Notes: generated by a model not told the origin, from the letters alone. Numbered from the stretch's first letter, positions 11,827-25,500 are shown. The stretch is 64,000 nt of DNA from Dipteris shenzhenensis (GCA_047967505.1 CM106538.1); one strand, 5' to 3'. Program-made: numbers and translations.

Positions 11827-13662
11827 ATGGAGATTGGCGGTTGCTGCCTCTCCCCCTACGGCGCCGTCGCCGTCCTCCCCTCCAAAGTCGATCGTATCAT
11901 GTCCCGCTTCCGCCCCATCGCCCCCAAGCCCGTGGCCCTTACCGTGCCTTGTTCCGTCTCTGAATCTGATCGATCTACCGTCTCCGTCGACGCTCCAGGC
12001 TGCAGACAGGTCCTGGACGTGGCTGGCCGGAGCAGGAGAGCCCGGAAACGACGGGGGGATGCGCTTGCGTCGCCGCGGCCTACCAAGAGAGGATCAGCGA
12101 GATCGGACTGCAGCAAGGAGCGCAGCAGCGGGACCAACAGCGCTGCCGGGAGCGGGCTAACTGAGAAGACAATAGCGGGGAGTGCGAGGAACCAAACCAA
12201 CGCATTCTCTACGGGGGTGCTGTTCCCGGGCAATGGGTTTTCCACAGAATCGTCGGAGGCATCGATTATGGGGGGAGTTTCTGCGATTGCAAGCGGAGCA
12301 ATCGGCTGCGGTCTCCTCCAGAGATCCGGGATGATGGAGCAGGACACTGGGTTCATGGAGAGGGCAGCAGCGAGGCCGCCCTCGGTGCTGCGAGACCGGA
12401 GAGTCACCTCGAGAGGCTTCACTGAGATGATCAGGGGAATCACTGGGCTTCCGACGAGCGCGGATGTGCAAATTCTGATGCAACAACACCAATCGAGGTC
12501 CTCGGCGGATGCAGTGCCGAGTTGCTCATTAGCAGGACTTGCAATCGATGCGGTTTATGGCGATGGCGATCGCGATGCAGTTCAACAGCAAAACGGCGAT
12601 CATCTTGTTACCCTTCCCCTGCTTCCGAACACCCCCTCTCGAGCCGATTCTCAAGCCGCCTCCTCCTCCTCCATCCCCAGTTGCTCCTCCCAAGATTTCA
12701 AGCCCCGTCTCTCCAGCATTGCTCACATCGAGCAGATCCACGGCAACTCCCCAGAGCCTGTTGTTCTACTGGACGACACTCGCAGGATTCTATGGCTCAA
12801 CCGTGCCTATGAGAGAGCTCTCAAGGACTCCATTGAAAGGCATGCAGGCAAATCCCCGCGGCTTGTTGTTCCTTTCATGGATCCTCTTGGGATCCCAACA
12901 CAGCTGGGGAGGTTCAACTTGCAGCTCGACGAGAGCTCATCAGCCACCTCGTCCGCCACACTCTGGGGATTCCTTAAGAAAATCGTGGTGGATGGGGCGT
13001 CATCGGGGTACTGGCCGCCCTCTTTCTCGGGATTGAAAGGGAATTTTCTTGACGTCGTTTCCTTGGGGGACGGATCCCGCGTCTCTCCAACGACAGGGGC
13101 GGCTCATCAGCTTGAAGACTGTGAAGCGGGCAGAAACAGTGGCGTGATCGTGCCGCAGCCCATTCGACTTGTTGGTTCCACTGTCCGCCTCGAGAGCATT
13201 AGCGAGGTGCAACAGGAACCTGTGCTGCTGCCTGAGAGGTTAGAGGTATTGCAGAAGCAACTCGAGGAGGGTACCTCGCCTGCTTTCATCTCCGACTCGG
13301 GCAACTTAGTGAGATGGGTGAACACAACGTATAAGCAGATGGTTGGGCAACCGGAATGCCCATGGCTAGTCTCTGTCAGTAGCTGTAGCAAGCTGGGTGG
13401 TGGTGCTCCAGCAATGAGCGAATTGCCATCGCCTCGCCTGATGGGAGAAATCCTGCTCACCTGCAGCGTTGAGGTTCCGCTATCAGCTCCTGCTTTCTCA
13501 GGCAGGGCCAACATTCAGTGGACGAACTCAGGGGAGAAGAGCTGCATTACAGTACCTTGTGATGTTTCACGGCTTGATAGCATCAGCTGCTGCAATGGAA
13601 AGGTGATGCTGCTTTGGAAATTCGACGTCCAAGCCAGCCTTAGACAGGCTTGTGGAATTTGA
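11827..13662 (+). CDS. AITR/DIG-like (ABA-induced transcription repressor / dynamic influencer of gene expression) family protein, intronless, 611 aa
   Basis: Longest ORF in the window, CpG-rich. Family motifs recognised: IMSRFRPIAPKP, basic NLS-like RSRRARKRR, LVTLPLLP, VIVPQPIRLVGS, ISDSGNLVRWVNTTYKQMVGQPECPWL, and C-terminal VPCDV...LLWKF. Confidence 0.88.
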   Translation: MEIGGCCLSPYGAVAVLPSKVDRIMSRFRPIAPKPVALTVPCSVSESDRSTVSVDAPGCRQVLDVAGRSRRARKRRGDALASPRPTKRGSARSDCSKERSSGTNSAAGSGLTEKTIAGSARNQTNAFSTGVLFPGNGFSTESSEASIMGGVSAIASGAIGCGLLQRSGMMEQDTGFMERAAARPPSVLRDRRVTSRGFTEMIRGITGLPTSADVQILMQQHQSRSSADAVPSCSLAGLAIDAVYGDGDRDAVQQQNGDHLVTLPLLPNTPSRADSQAASSSSIPSCSSQDFKPRLSSIAHIEQIHGNSPEPVVLLDDTRRILWLNRAYERALKDSIERHAGKSPRLVVPFMDPLGIPTQLGRFNLQLDESSSATSSATLWGFLKKIVVDGASSGYWPPSFSGLKGNFLDVVSLGDGSRVSPTTGAAHQLEDCEAGRNSGVIVPQPIRLVGSTVRLESISEVQQEPVLLPERLEVLQKQLEEGTSPAFISDSGNLVRWVNTTYKQMVGQPECPWLVSVSSCSKLGGGAPAMSELPSPRLMGEILLTCSVEVPLSAPAFSGRANIQWTNSGEKSCITVPCDVSRLDSISCCNGKVMLLWKFDVQASLRQACGI

Positions 13663-15144
13663 AATTATCCACCTCAGGCTGTAAGAATTCCCATGAGAGT
13701 TGTGATTTCAAGTTTCTCTGTTCATATGTCTCGGACTCATATTAAAAAGCATAAGCCGTACACCATAGTGCTGGGATGTAGGCCTCTTTTCCAATCAACT
13801 CCTTTTAATAGAACGTGGGTGCCTTTCATGTCTGCAAGGCTCGAATCCTCTGGTGTATGTATTATCCGGTATGGGATTGCTACATTTGATATTATGTGAA
13901 ACCTGAGATGTCTGTCGATCATTGAACATGGGTACAATTGAGCTGCCACTTATTGAACCACACTGCAGATCCTTCCTAACAATAACGGTGTATGTATGCC
14001 CTTGCATCTTGTGACGGGTGGGAGGAGACCATTGAAGGTGAGGACTATGCATGCAGGAGACGGCTGTGTTCTGTTTCCTGGTGGGAGAGTTTTCTGAAAG
14101 CTCAGATTTGACAGAAGGGAAGGTCCTCAATGTTCTGAGCTTTCAGAGAAGGGAAGCTCCTCGATGTTGTTTTCGGACCTCGGTTCACTTCCCACTGGCA
14201 ACAACTGTCTTCTTAGTGTACTCACGTCTGTGTTTTGCTTAATTGCACTGCATGTAAGTTAACGCTTGGAAATATTGCTTGTGAAGGTGCTCACCACTTG
14301 ATTTGAAGGTTCCTATTCAATATCGCATGTACCACGTTTCTTCCATCAAATTTAGGACACAATGCCAGATTTGCCAAAGCAAAACTAAGCAAACAAGCTA
14401 GTAGAAGTATTCGTGAGCACTGCCCTCTAGAGTTGATTTGGGAAGAGAGAGATGGAGGGGAAGAGGGACCATTTGATTTGGGGAGGAAAGAGGGAGAAGA
14501 GAGAGACAGAAAGAGTGAGGGACAACCTTTGCTTGGATTAGATGCTGTACTCACCATTGAACATCGTCATCCTTAGCCTTGTCACGCAGGATCACAACTT
14601 TCCAAGTGAGCAAAATGTGGAGATTAGCAGAATTTAAGCAGCTCTGTATGTGTCGCCAAAGCCTTCGTGTGAAAATGCATCGCCAAAGAAGGTGATAATG
14701 ATGTTTAAGGTTCACCCTGAGACATCCTTCCACTTGGTTATTCTATGTTTGGTGGGAGCTTACATTGGAGGACCTGCCACAATAGGAAATGAAACTGCAG
14801 GAGGGTTTGAGTTTCCATACCCTACCTGCACTCATCCTCCAAGCACCCAAACAATTGAGAGTAGCAGAGGCTTCCTAGGCCAAGCGAGTTTTGGAAGGCA
14901 ATGTTTGTAAGTGGTGAAAGTATAATATTCTTATGACTGAGTTTGGAGAGTTCCTTCCCTACAGCATTCACCCAACCTTTCAGATCATCAGACCATCATA
15001 CCACTTGGCAGGGAGAGATTAAAACGTTCCGCAATCATATTTAGAGTCAAGAAAGATTGTGCTTGGAAGGACCATGTGTTGCTACCTCTACTATTGAACC
15101 TTTTTGCCAAATGTGGACTAACTTGAACTGAGCCACTTGGCCAT

Positions 15145-17500
15145 TCTTCCCCTATCTATCATCTCAGGCCAAATAAAGAGATACAATTAGTCTTAATCAT
15201 TCCATGATATTTTCCCTTCCAATGGCAACAACTCAACACGGTGGGGTAGCATCTCTCTTCTTGTTACTATAGCTCGCATAGAAGAACAGTGCCACCAACG
15301 ACCAGAGTCCACAACTCTCATAAGCTTGCCTCTTGAGAGATCTAGTTTAAAATATGTTCACATACATGGGAAATTTCAGTATTCATTGAGATCAAGCATG
15401 CAAAAGTATAGATATGAGGGTGGCGAGATCACTTTTTGCTATTGGTAGGCCAACCTCCCAAATCAATTCTTCTTCTACAAAGATTTGTGGAAATCTTTTA
15501 TTTTAAGCTCTTTAAAAAATCCACCATGCAACCAACTCATCTTTGTGCTCCACAACCCGAAATTCTTCCCCTATCTATAATCTCTGACCAAATAAAGAGA
15601 TACAATTAGTCTTAATCATTCCATGATATTTTCCATTCCAATGGCAACAACTCAACACGATGTGGTGAGGTTGGAAGCGCCCTTGCTCAGAAAACCAAAC
15701 ACAAAGACACCTATTGGCCCCAAATGCTTTGGTGACCCTTTCAGTATTTATTTACTTCTTCAAGCAATGGCATTTGTGCAATTACATCAAGAGCTCACCC
15801 TTGCACTCTGCTATGCTAGCAAATTGTTGCCCAAGCCAACCCTTGGCATCAAAATGCATCCAATTCCCACATGGGGTAGCATCTCTCCGTGTTACTATAC
15901 CTCGTATAGAAGAACAGTGCCCCCAACGACCAGAGTCCAAAACTCTCATAAGTTTGCCTCTTGAGAGATTTAGCTTGAAATATGTTAACATACATGGAAA
16001 ATTTTGGCTAGTAAAGGCATGCAAGGAGTTTCCCGATGCTTGGGTCAAAGTACAATCCGAACCAAAACCCAGAAAGTAAGTGCTAAAGCAACAAAAGACC
16101 ATCCCTAACCTCTAGAGGTCTCCTCAGCATACCCATAAAATATATGCATTTGTAAGGATTCTTAGCAAATCAAATGGGAATGCGCTATCACACATAGATA
16201 GCAACCTTGTCCTTTGAGCATAGCAGGGTGAGGATACCAAGGCATTCTCCAAAGTTGACCAGACTGAAAGCTCATCTTGAGATGGCCACTCTTGAAGACC
16301 AAAGAGTAATTCGATCTAGTAAAACGAAGAGGAAGATCAACGTAGAATGTCCAATTGTACAATCAGTGAAAACTCATCGAAGATACTCTAAGAAAAGATT
16401 CATATTTTTAAATATTCTTATCCACTCGAACATATCTAGAGCCCTTTTCAAAATGAAGATCAAAATCAAGATCAGGTACGCTGTTAAGGTGTAAACAATG
16501 TGAAAATGGTAGGTCATAAGCAAGAGATTCAACAAGGTACCATAGCCAAGAGCTTGTCTAATCCTTTTGCTGAATCCCAAAAGACCCATGAATATCAACA
16601 AGCAAATTCCATATATCTTTTGTGGCAAGCAATTGCGCACTATCCAGAGCAACATCCATCTTCATTTTCTTAGCCAACTCATCATTTTGATCATCGCACT
16701 CATGCAACAACTTCTACCTTTTCTACAATAAAGGAAAAACTTTCCATTACTCCCCAAATAAACAATATCTTTAGAATTAAACTCTTATACAAAAGAATAA
16801 CTTTAATATGTAGTCATCATTTAAATTCTATACACTGCCTCTCACTAAACTCTACATCATTTAAATTCTATACTCTACCTCTCACTAAACACTATTCATG
16901 ATAAAAAACAATGCCTATATAATAAAACATAATCACCACCACGTCCCATTTTGTGGCATTGATGTTATACTATGTGGGGATTTATGCTAAGCAAGACCAA
17001 TAAAAGGCTCATGGATTTTTTTAGAATGCTCTACTTTGGTCACAATTCTACCTTCTTTTTGGAGAACCCACGAATGCTACTACAAGTTTAAAGACCAATA
17101 CGCAAAAATCATAGCCTCTTCATCAATCTTCTAAACAAATTCGAGTGGGTGAGGACTCAGAAAAGGACCTTGTCATGCTAAACATCGTCTATGTCCTGAT
17201 GACTACCACAAAAACAATCAGTGGTGCACCTTTTCTACACAATGCTTCCAACAAACACAACGATGACCTCTTCAACTTGCAATGCATAGATCTGCACATT
17301 GTCAAAGTAAGACATTCACCACAAAAATTGAGCAAAACAATAACCATACCAAATGACCCCAAAAGTAGAGGAGGATTACCCAAGGAGCCTAGTGTCAAAC
17401 TAGGCATGATTGTATAAATTTTCTCTAGAAATTTGGATATCATTGAGTGATGGGTGAGTCAATGGACAAGATGGCATCTCCAATCCTTGCAAGTGACTAT
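15145..17500 (-). mobile_element. Highly degenerate LINE (non-LTR) reverse transcriptase remnant with a partial local duplication
   Basis: Minus-strand decayed motifs in RT order: FSKRIRQALG (~RGIRQGCP), VFTDCT (~FADDT), KSGHLKMSFQS (~SGLKINxxKS). 15145-15400 duplicates parts of 15564-16025. Confidence 0.45.
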
Positions 17501-17664
17501 GAGCCCCTTCATCCTATTGGTTGAGTTCAATGATAGTAAAATTGGAACACATATGCGTTGCAAGAATAAAATTCTTTACATGACAGACAGACTACCAACA
17601 TGGACTCCAATACTGCAGACTGCATGAGAGTTTCAAATTGGCAAGAACCACCTCAACACTATCT

Positions 17665-17774
17665 GCCTTTATTAATTCCCTGTATAGCATGCTGCAATTT
17701 GTACAATATGCTACTCTCAAGGCCTTCATTAATTCCCCATATAGCATGCTACAATTTGTACAATACGCTACTCT
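17665..17774. repeat. Tandem duplication, 57-bp period
   Basis: attaattccc..tatagcatgct..aatttgtacaata.gctactct occurs twice. Confidence 0.85.
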
Positions 17775-19730
17775 TTGCATTTGCTCCAACCAACATCAAG
17801 GCTTATGGCCTTGTTTACATTTCTCTCTCTCAAGTGCATGACCCCACGAAGCTCTACCTCCTTGTAAGAATAGAACAAAAGCACATCAAAGTTAACACCT
17901 TGGTGTTGCAAGGAATTCGATGGCTTAACTCCATGCAAGCTCGACCAAGTAGACCTTGGGTTGGAGGAATGTACCAGCCCAATCTTGCAATCAAATCTAA
18001 ACACAATAATCTAAACACAATCTAAACACAAGATCATTTCTTTCTCATGCAAACAAAATCCTACACATTGTTAGCATGCTTTGTGCCACGATACTTTGCC
18101 TCCAAGGAATCTATGTGATGCTATGTACAATATATCTTTGCATTCATGAAAGAATCAAGGAAAGGTATTGCCACTTGCTACAACCAACATCTCAAACTAC
18201 TAAAAGAAATGTATTTGTGCGAGTAGGGCTGTGCATGCTTGCTCACCATTTTCCACTACTCAAACATTAGGACAATTTGCAGTGATTAATGCTTACAAGA
18301 CACACCAACAACACAAATAGCTATCATGCTTCAATGGATAAAAAAACCTATTGCTCAAAATACTAGCACACACCACAACACACACATTGGGAGACTTCAA
18401 CATAGACTACAATAAGACAACACCAAACAAGGAACATCTTCAATAGTTCATGAGAACTCAAACTGATGACCACGCCTACAGCAATTCATGGGCCCACACT
18501 TGACCATATTTGGAAAAACATCAAAAACATGAAATAAACCATGGGAAAAACTTCATGTATTGATCATACAAGTCTATACTATGAATAGTGCATTTATCAA
18601 TTAGAATTGTTAAGATTGTGTTGAATTTTTTTCGTGGTTGATGTCATTGTTAGCTTCAATACTTAGCTACAACAATCCATGGCTTAAGGTCTACATTAAA
18701 CTACCCAAACAAGGTGGAAAAACCGCTATGGCCTTGCACTTTTGATGAAAGGAAGATTTTTCTATTGATGAAGCTTTTAATAAAGGTTTGCTATCGATGA
18801 ATCCTCAAGCAAAACTTGGACATGGTTCAGAGTAAGAACTTCCTAGTAATGACCCCTCACACGCTGCTCCTTTGCATCGAGCTTGGCTATTTAGTCTTCA
18901 TGGATTACATCCATGACAATGACAAATGTTGATGTATGTGTTGGATCCACCCAGACAGAGGTAGTAGTGATCAAAGTATGCTTGTCAGTAGCACATGTCT
19001 GCCAGCAGTGAATGTACGCTCATCTAAAAGAGAGAAAGGGAGAATGGTGCAATTAGCATCCAGAACTTCATTTGAAAATGCATTGATCAAAGGGTGGTAT
19101 TTTGAAAAAGAAACCATGTTCGAGCAACAATACAATGTAATGTGGCTCACCTCAGTGACCAACTTATTATCTTGGAAGTTTTGGCCCTTTCTTTCAAAGA
19201 AAGTTCCCCTCATGGTGAAATCCATATGGCCATCATATGTGTTACCCTGGAAGAAGACTTCCATATGAGTCTTGGAGTGGATGATCAACGACTTCTTCAT
19301 AATGAAGAGATTATTGTCATATAGGCCTCCCACTTATCATGCATGCTAATGTGCAACACATGGAAGATGAAGCAAACAATCAAGTTATCTTGTAAGCTAG
19401 CAAAAGTAAACAAAAAAAGCACCAGCTAGCTATTGCTAGAAGGAGGGAGCTGCACCTCTTGTGAGCGCAGAGGATGGGACCCTCCACATCATGATGCCTA
19501 ATAAACCTTAGCTCCATGCAATTTCTAGAGTAGATTGAGAATGAGTTGGCAAACTAATAAGGAATTACAGCCAATTTTGCACACAAATTCAATATATAAG
19601 CTGCAAAGAAGTATGGGGAGGGGGGGGAGCGAATACAAATTGTTGTAGGACTCAAAAGCAAAGAAGAGACAGATTCTTGCAACAGCAACACTATCGTAGA
19701 GCGGCTCATCCTTCGATAGGAACCCCAAGA

Positions 19731-20009
19731 CCTCCATGCGACATTGTTTATCCCTTTGGTTGGTACCTTCCAACCTTTTTGCATCTACCACCATCTATGT
19801 GGTGCCCTTCCTCGAGCTTCTCCTAGAAGCTATGAGTAGCACTCTACAACTCCTCATAGGTGAAGTGGTACCTCCATGCGACATTGTTTATCCCTTTGGT
19901 TGGTACCTTCCAACCTTTTTGCATGTACCACCATCTATGTGGTGCCCTTCCTCGAGCTTCTCGTAGAAGCTATGAGTGGCACTCTACAACTCCTCATAGG
20001 TGAAGTGGT
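19731..20009. repeat. Near-perfect 140-bp tandem duplication
   Basis: cctccatgcgacattg...ctcataggtgaagtggt starts at 19731 and at 19871, with about 3 mismatches by eye. Confidence 0.95.
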
Positions 20010-21639
20010 TTGGTACTCCATACTAGGTTTGGAGGACAAGACAAAATTCAGGCCAAAGGCAGTCGTCAAGGCAAGAGTTGTACTAGCTTGAAGATGCTTT
20101 AGTTAGGCATGCAACTCTTGATACCTGCTCAAGGGATAAGCATAAGGAGGCAAGAAGGTGAAGTAAGGAGAGATGGAGAGAGTAGTGGTGTGTGGTAAGC
20201 AAACACAAAAGATAAACAAAGTATAGGATGGACATTTATCTCACCTCATTGGTGCCAGCGTCCATCAATCAATCTACTAAATGCGATCTAATGAAAGCAG
20301 CACCTCTTGTGACTAAAATTTGATTCCTTTGCTGAAGAGTTGCACATTGGAAATGATGTTAGAAAATAAGTGCATTCCGTACCAAAAGAAAAGATTGGTT
20401 CATGCTTTTCCATGAAATGTACAAGAAAACAAGCTCAATGCAGTGAATTCTTTAGTGCACTCAGGTTTCCAAATCGGATATACACAATGACAAGAGCATA
20501 GATACATTTCCTTCTACATAAAGCAGTGAATCTCCATAAAGAGTTATCTCCTAGCAACATGAAAGAGGACAACAAGGGCCAAGACATTGCACTAGTATGA
20601 AGGAGGATTCAATGAGCACCAACGACATGAGTTGTTGTAGGGAAGGGAAGAAGAAGCCACTGTGGAGGCATGGAGAGAAGAGAAGCAGGAGGCAAATGCA
20701 GTCAAGGGATACGGGAGGAATGGAATGATAAAACTTATTAATCATAGATGAGTCGTAAACCATATATAGTTCATTTACCATAAAGCACCTCTAATAACCC
20801 TCCACTAACACTCCACTAACCCAGTCAATGTGACCCATGCCAAATATGCACCCAAAAACCCCACCCTTTCCTAAGACCCTTAGCAGGGTGAACAACCATG
20901 CAAATAAGTTGAACTTATCTCTCGGCCACTCCTACCACTGAATTTCCATTTTTGGCCTTGCTAAGCATCTCTGAAGAGATGGAGAGTTTTTTGCTAATTA
21001 GGTTTATTGTTTAGAAGTTAGTTCATTTGGTCAAGTTGACCATGTGAATGGTGTGTTAGTGTTAGGATTAGTGGTAGTATGCAGCCTCCAAAATGGAGGT
21101 GCAAATTCTTCAACCAAGGATGCTTTGTTCTACCTCTTCTTTACTACAACCTACACTTTCATGTGTGTGTACACTGAGCCTTACACCTACAATAATATTC
21201 CAAAAGGCAGGGCCTTTCCATCTTGTTTGAACATTATGGGCATAGTCTTACTCATGTTGTGAATAGTTGATTTGCCACAATAACATTCCAAAAGGCAGGG
21301 CCTTAGTGAGATTCCAACTTCCCACCTTGTTTGAGCATCGTGGGCACATATTTACTCATGTTTTGAATGGCTGATTTGTTGTGCTGCTGGCTCAATTGTG
21401 AGAGTTTATTGGCCTACCCCATGGGAAGGTCTAATTGAATGTTCCACTTTGAGAAGCTAAAAATGTTGATTTTTTGAAAGTCTCGTTTGGATTTTTATTA
21501 TTAGTATTTGTGCACAATATAGTATTTGTATAAGTATTTGGATTTGGATTTTTATTTTTAGTATTTGTGCACATAATAGTATGTATGCAATGTACGCTAA
21601 TTGTATCCTTGAAATCCTTCCATCTTTTTCCCTTGCACC

Positions 21640-21644
21640 CCTCC

Positions 21645-21693
<49 letters not shown>

Positions 21694-21863
21694 TCTTCTT
21701 CTTCTTCTTCTCCTTCTTCTCTCTCTTTCTCAAGCTCCTCTTTGATGCACTATCTCTTTATGATTGGGTTAAGCTGCACCTACTATTTGTATCCCTTGAA
21801 ATCCTCCCATCTCTCTCTTTCTCTCCTTCTCTTTCTTCTTCTTCTTCTTCTTCTTCTTCTTCT

Positions 21864-21906
<43 letters not shown>

Positions 21907-21955
21907 CCCCCCCCCTCTCTCTCTCTCCTCCTCCTCCTCCTCCTCCTCCTCTCAG
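21640..21955. repeat. Complex pyrimidine microsatellite block: polyC, (CT)n, (CTT)n, (CCT)n, in two duplicated modules
   Basis: Pure repeat runs; each module is preceded by tgtatcc(c)ttgaaatcc (about 21602 and 21788). Confidence 0.9.
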
Positions 21956-22069
21956 CTAGTCACATAAATGAAATTCAACTTGTTTTGTGGAATTCTAGGA
22001 GAAGAATTAGAAGAAGATGGTGCATAAGAGCCCTACTACTAACTTGAAGCTGTTGCTGCTACAATACCT

Positions 22070-22546
22070 ATGCTATTGCCCCCCTCCTCCATAGCTCGCC
22101 ATCCACCACATCAATCCCAAACTCCACCTCCTACGATAGGAGGGTTTCTCCCCCTTGCACCTCAAGGTCTTGAGGGCCTTCCCTCACTTCCATGCTGCAT
22201 CCTTTCACAAGTTGTACTCCCTCATTTCCCTTCTCAAGGCCAATGGCATTGCAACAGCATGTGTAGCAAAACTTCTTGCACACCACCCTGCTGTCATCCT
22301 ATGCATAGTTGAAATCTTGCAAGTTAGCTTAAAGTTTTTGAAGACCTCAGAATAGGGGAATTAGGTTTGAAAAGGTTGCTCGCAGTTTTGATTGTGCTAG
22401 GATTGGCTCTAAATAATCAGCGAGAGCACATTGATTTCCTAAAGCAGATCAGATTGCATAATCAGCACATACAAAAGTTCATAATTCGATAACCTTAGGT
22501 CTTGTCCTTGAACATAGAAAGGAAGTTGGAGCCCATGGTGGAATTG
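22070..22546 (+). pseudogene. mTERF family pseudogene, N-terminal half
   Basis: mTERF-type repeats KVLRAFP..LISLLKANGI..VAKLLAHHPAVILC..LKFL and HIDFLKQIRL..IQKFIIR*P*VLSLNIERKLEPMVEL, with stops and frameshifts. Confidence 0.75.
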
Positions 22547-25500
22547 AGTGAAGTGGGGTGGACAATCATTCATTACTTAAACTACTCCGACTACATCCAC
22601 AAGTGACTTCATATAGATAGGATCATCTCTAAGGTCCACCATTCTGATGATTGAAATGCTTCCCAAATACAATATATATTAGAAAAGGATAAATCAGAGA
22701 TCAAAGATGTGGCTCCCTCTTTCAAAGCAAGTTTCAAACCTAGAAATAGTGTATCCTATCAAAACCAACACCAAAATACGACACCTTTGGGAGACAGAAA
22801 CCATTCGTGGGCAAGATTTCTCAAAAGCATATGCCCCACTCTACATGGACACTAAAGAGCTAACCCTCCCTCTCTAACAGCTCTTTTGTCCACCTGATGC
22901 AAAATTATAGAGGTTTTTTTTCAGCCTTAAGATTGATTCCAAACCACTTCTTGCCATATTTATCCTTTGATTTAGCTGTTGCAAGCACATCTAAAGAGCT
23001 TCCATTTTGTTTAAACCATCCAGTGTCTTCATCTTGGTGCTATTTGATTGCTTTACATTGGTAGAATTGAGGAAATGAGGCTTGGATACTCCCAATATTC
23101 AAGAGTTCATCAGCCTGATAGTAGCAAAGTAACAAAGCTATAAACAACCCTCTTTCTTGTGTGATTCATAAAAGAAACCTAAAATAAATCCTACAACTAC
23201 TTATAGCATTTATAATTGATATTAGTCATACCACAAATACCAATATTTTGACAAGCATATGCAAAGCTACAAATTGATTATAGGACATTTAGAAATTATG
23301 TCATGGTAAAGTATCTTAGTCCTCTGCCTTCTAAGAAAAAGTCAGAATAAGAATTACTCTTGCAACTAGATGGTACTCTCTAGCATAATATTTTAACTAA
23401 ATGTGTCTAGCAAAAACTCACCAGAACCATCATATAAAAGTAACATAGGTGTGCACTTGAAAGCTGATTTATAAAAGGGGCTAGCTAGTATGGCATCTTA
23501 GCCAACTATAGCTACACCAGCTGTCTAGAATAAAAGTAACATAAGTGTGCTATTGAAAGTTCATTTATAGAAGGGGCTACTTATTATGGCATCTCCGCCA
23601 ACTATATCTACACCCTATGCTCACTTTCCACAAAGCTTGAAAATTATATCCTCTGGTATGTGCGTGGTCCATTACAGAGAATCAAAGGAAATCACATCAT
23701 AACTCCTTCTAGTTCACCTTGCCTTAATGAAGCAAGATCTCCCTAGGCAATCTTGTGTCATGTTGGAATCAACAATTTGGTCTTCAGAGTCATCCAGAGG
23801 ACATAGCTACACTATATTAGTTGACAAGGAGGGCTTCACATTTTGTTCAAGCTCTTGTATCATGAATATATATATATATATATAGATGAATCCAAGAGCA
23901 TGCCCAAACTCACCCTCTAAAACACAACACAGTGTGCAATTTCAATGTCATGATAGTCACTCACAAGGTTGAAAACCATGAGCTCCATCATGCATACCAA
24001 GGACTACCCACTATGACATCCCAACTGACATCGATGTCATCTCATATGCTCATTTTATTCTCTCCCAAATGAGCACAAAGCAAAAGAGAGAAAAAATGCC
24101 TTAGATAATCTTGTATCATAAGTTTCGTTTTGGAAGGCAAAGTCTTTGATATAGGCCGATTGCTATAGTCTAGTCACCAAGAACCCACCATTCCTCTTCT
24201 ACGTGAACTTCCTATTCAAAATCGTCTTCACCAATCTCTATTTTTCTCAACGTGACTACCATTTTCACCATCTTCCTCTAAAACTTGCCCATTTGTTGAA
24301 CTCCTAGCTTTCATTTCAAGAATGCGATAATTTGTGAGGACAACAAATAGCTGCCTCAGGTGATGTTAAGTCAGAATTCCATCAGGGAGTTAGGCTATGT
24401 GATGGCCTTTAGACATAAAAATGCTCACTTCCATGCAAGGATTAAAGTTTACTTAATGTCGGGGTCACAGTTCTAAGTCTACTACCATTGTTTCTTGTAT
24501 AGCTGGATACATCACCTTCCTCCCATTAGCTACTACCAACTTTAGCTGTTATGTGACTCCTTTTCCTTGTTGGGTTGGAGCATCTCAATATGTCTTGCTG
24601 GAAGAGTGAAAGTCTTGCTCACTCCTCTTTGTTCATACTTTGTCCTTCTATATATGAACTTCTTGGGTCAAATACAAATCTAAACATCTCAATTTTCTTG
24701 AAGGAATTGTGGAGTGCTTGCCTCTTCCTCAAAAAGTCGTGTGCTATTCACCACATCTGGTATCGTGATGGTATCCTTTGACCACACTTTGAAGTATACC
24801 CTTGGAAACCAGCAAGGCCTTTGACAATTATGTGCTTTTAAGAATCCTCTCTAAGCTGAAAGCAAGAGAAGAACACAATGTCTTCTTAGGTGAGTTGTCA
24901 ACAGCTGACGTAATAGTTAATAATGTCTTTGGTGACATCCTCTCATCACCTTGTGCCACCTTTTGAGGTGAACGAGATTTTGGGTGAGATGAGGTTTTTG
25001 GTGTTGACTTGTCATCGAAGGGGCCATCTTTGTATTGTGCCCTTTGTCACCACTCCCAGCATTGCCCCAATCTTATGTTCATTGTCTACCTCTCCAGAAG
25101 GCCCACTATAACCATGCTTAGTTGAGGCGCAAGTTCCTTAACTCCAGTGGGATAGACTTTCTTATATTGCTCATTGGAGTTGTACAGTGTGCAAGATGGT
25201 CCCCCAAATGGTTGATATCATGTAGTCAAACTTCTCTCGCTTGAAAGTTCTTAAAAAATCATCTAAGTAAGACCATGCATGGAAATGATTCGAGAGACAT
25301 GACATCCATAGCATCTTCCAAAGAGGATGGGACAATGTGTAAGAAGGCATGCTCATTTTTCACCTCTTCACCTTGCAGGCCATGAGGAACTTCTTTACAT
25401 GTGCCTCTACATCTTCAAGTAGCTATTTCTGAACTTTTGTGTTGTCCCCCCTCTATGGAGTTGAGGACGGCTATAGCTGACACAACACCTCCACCCACTC

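Noticed and set aside
11684-13514. Overlapping and antisense ORFs (158, 195, 165 and 135 aa)
   Set aside because: Expected shadows of a GC-rich coding sequence; no recognisable motifs
18971-19333. 120-aa minus-strand ORF, possibly a transposase remnant
   Set aside because: No motif I can assign; needs BLASTX or HHpred
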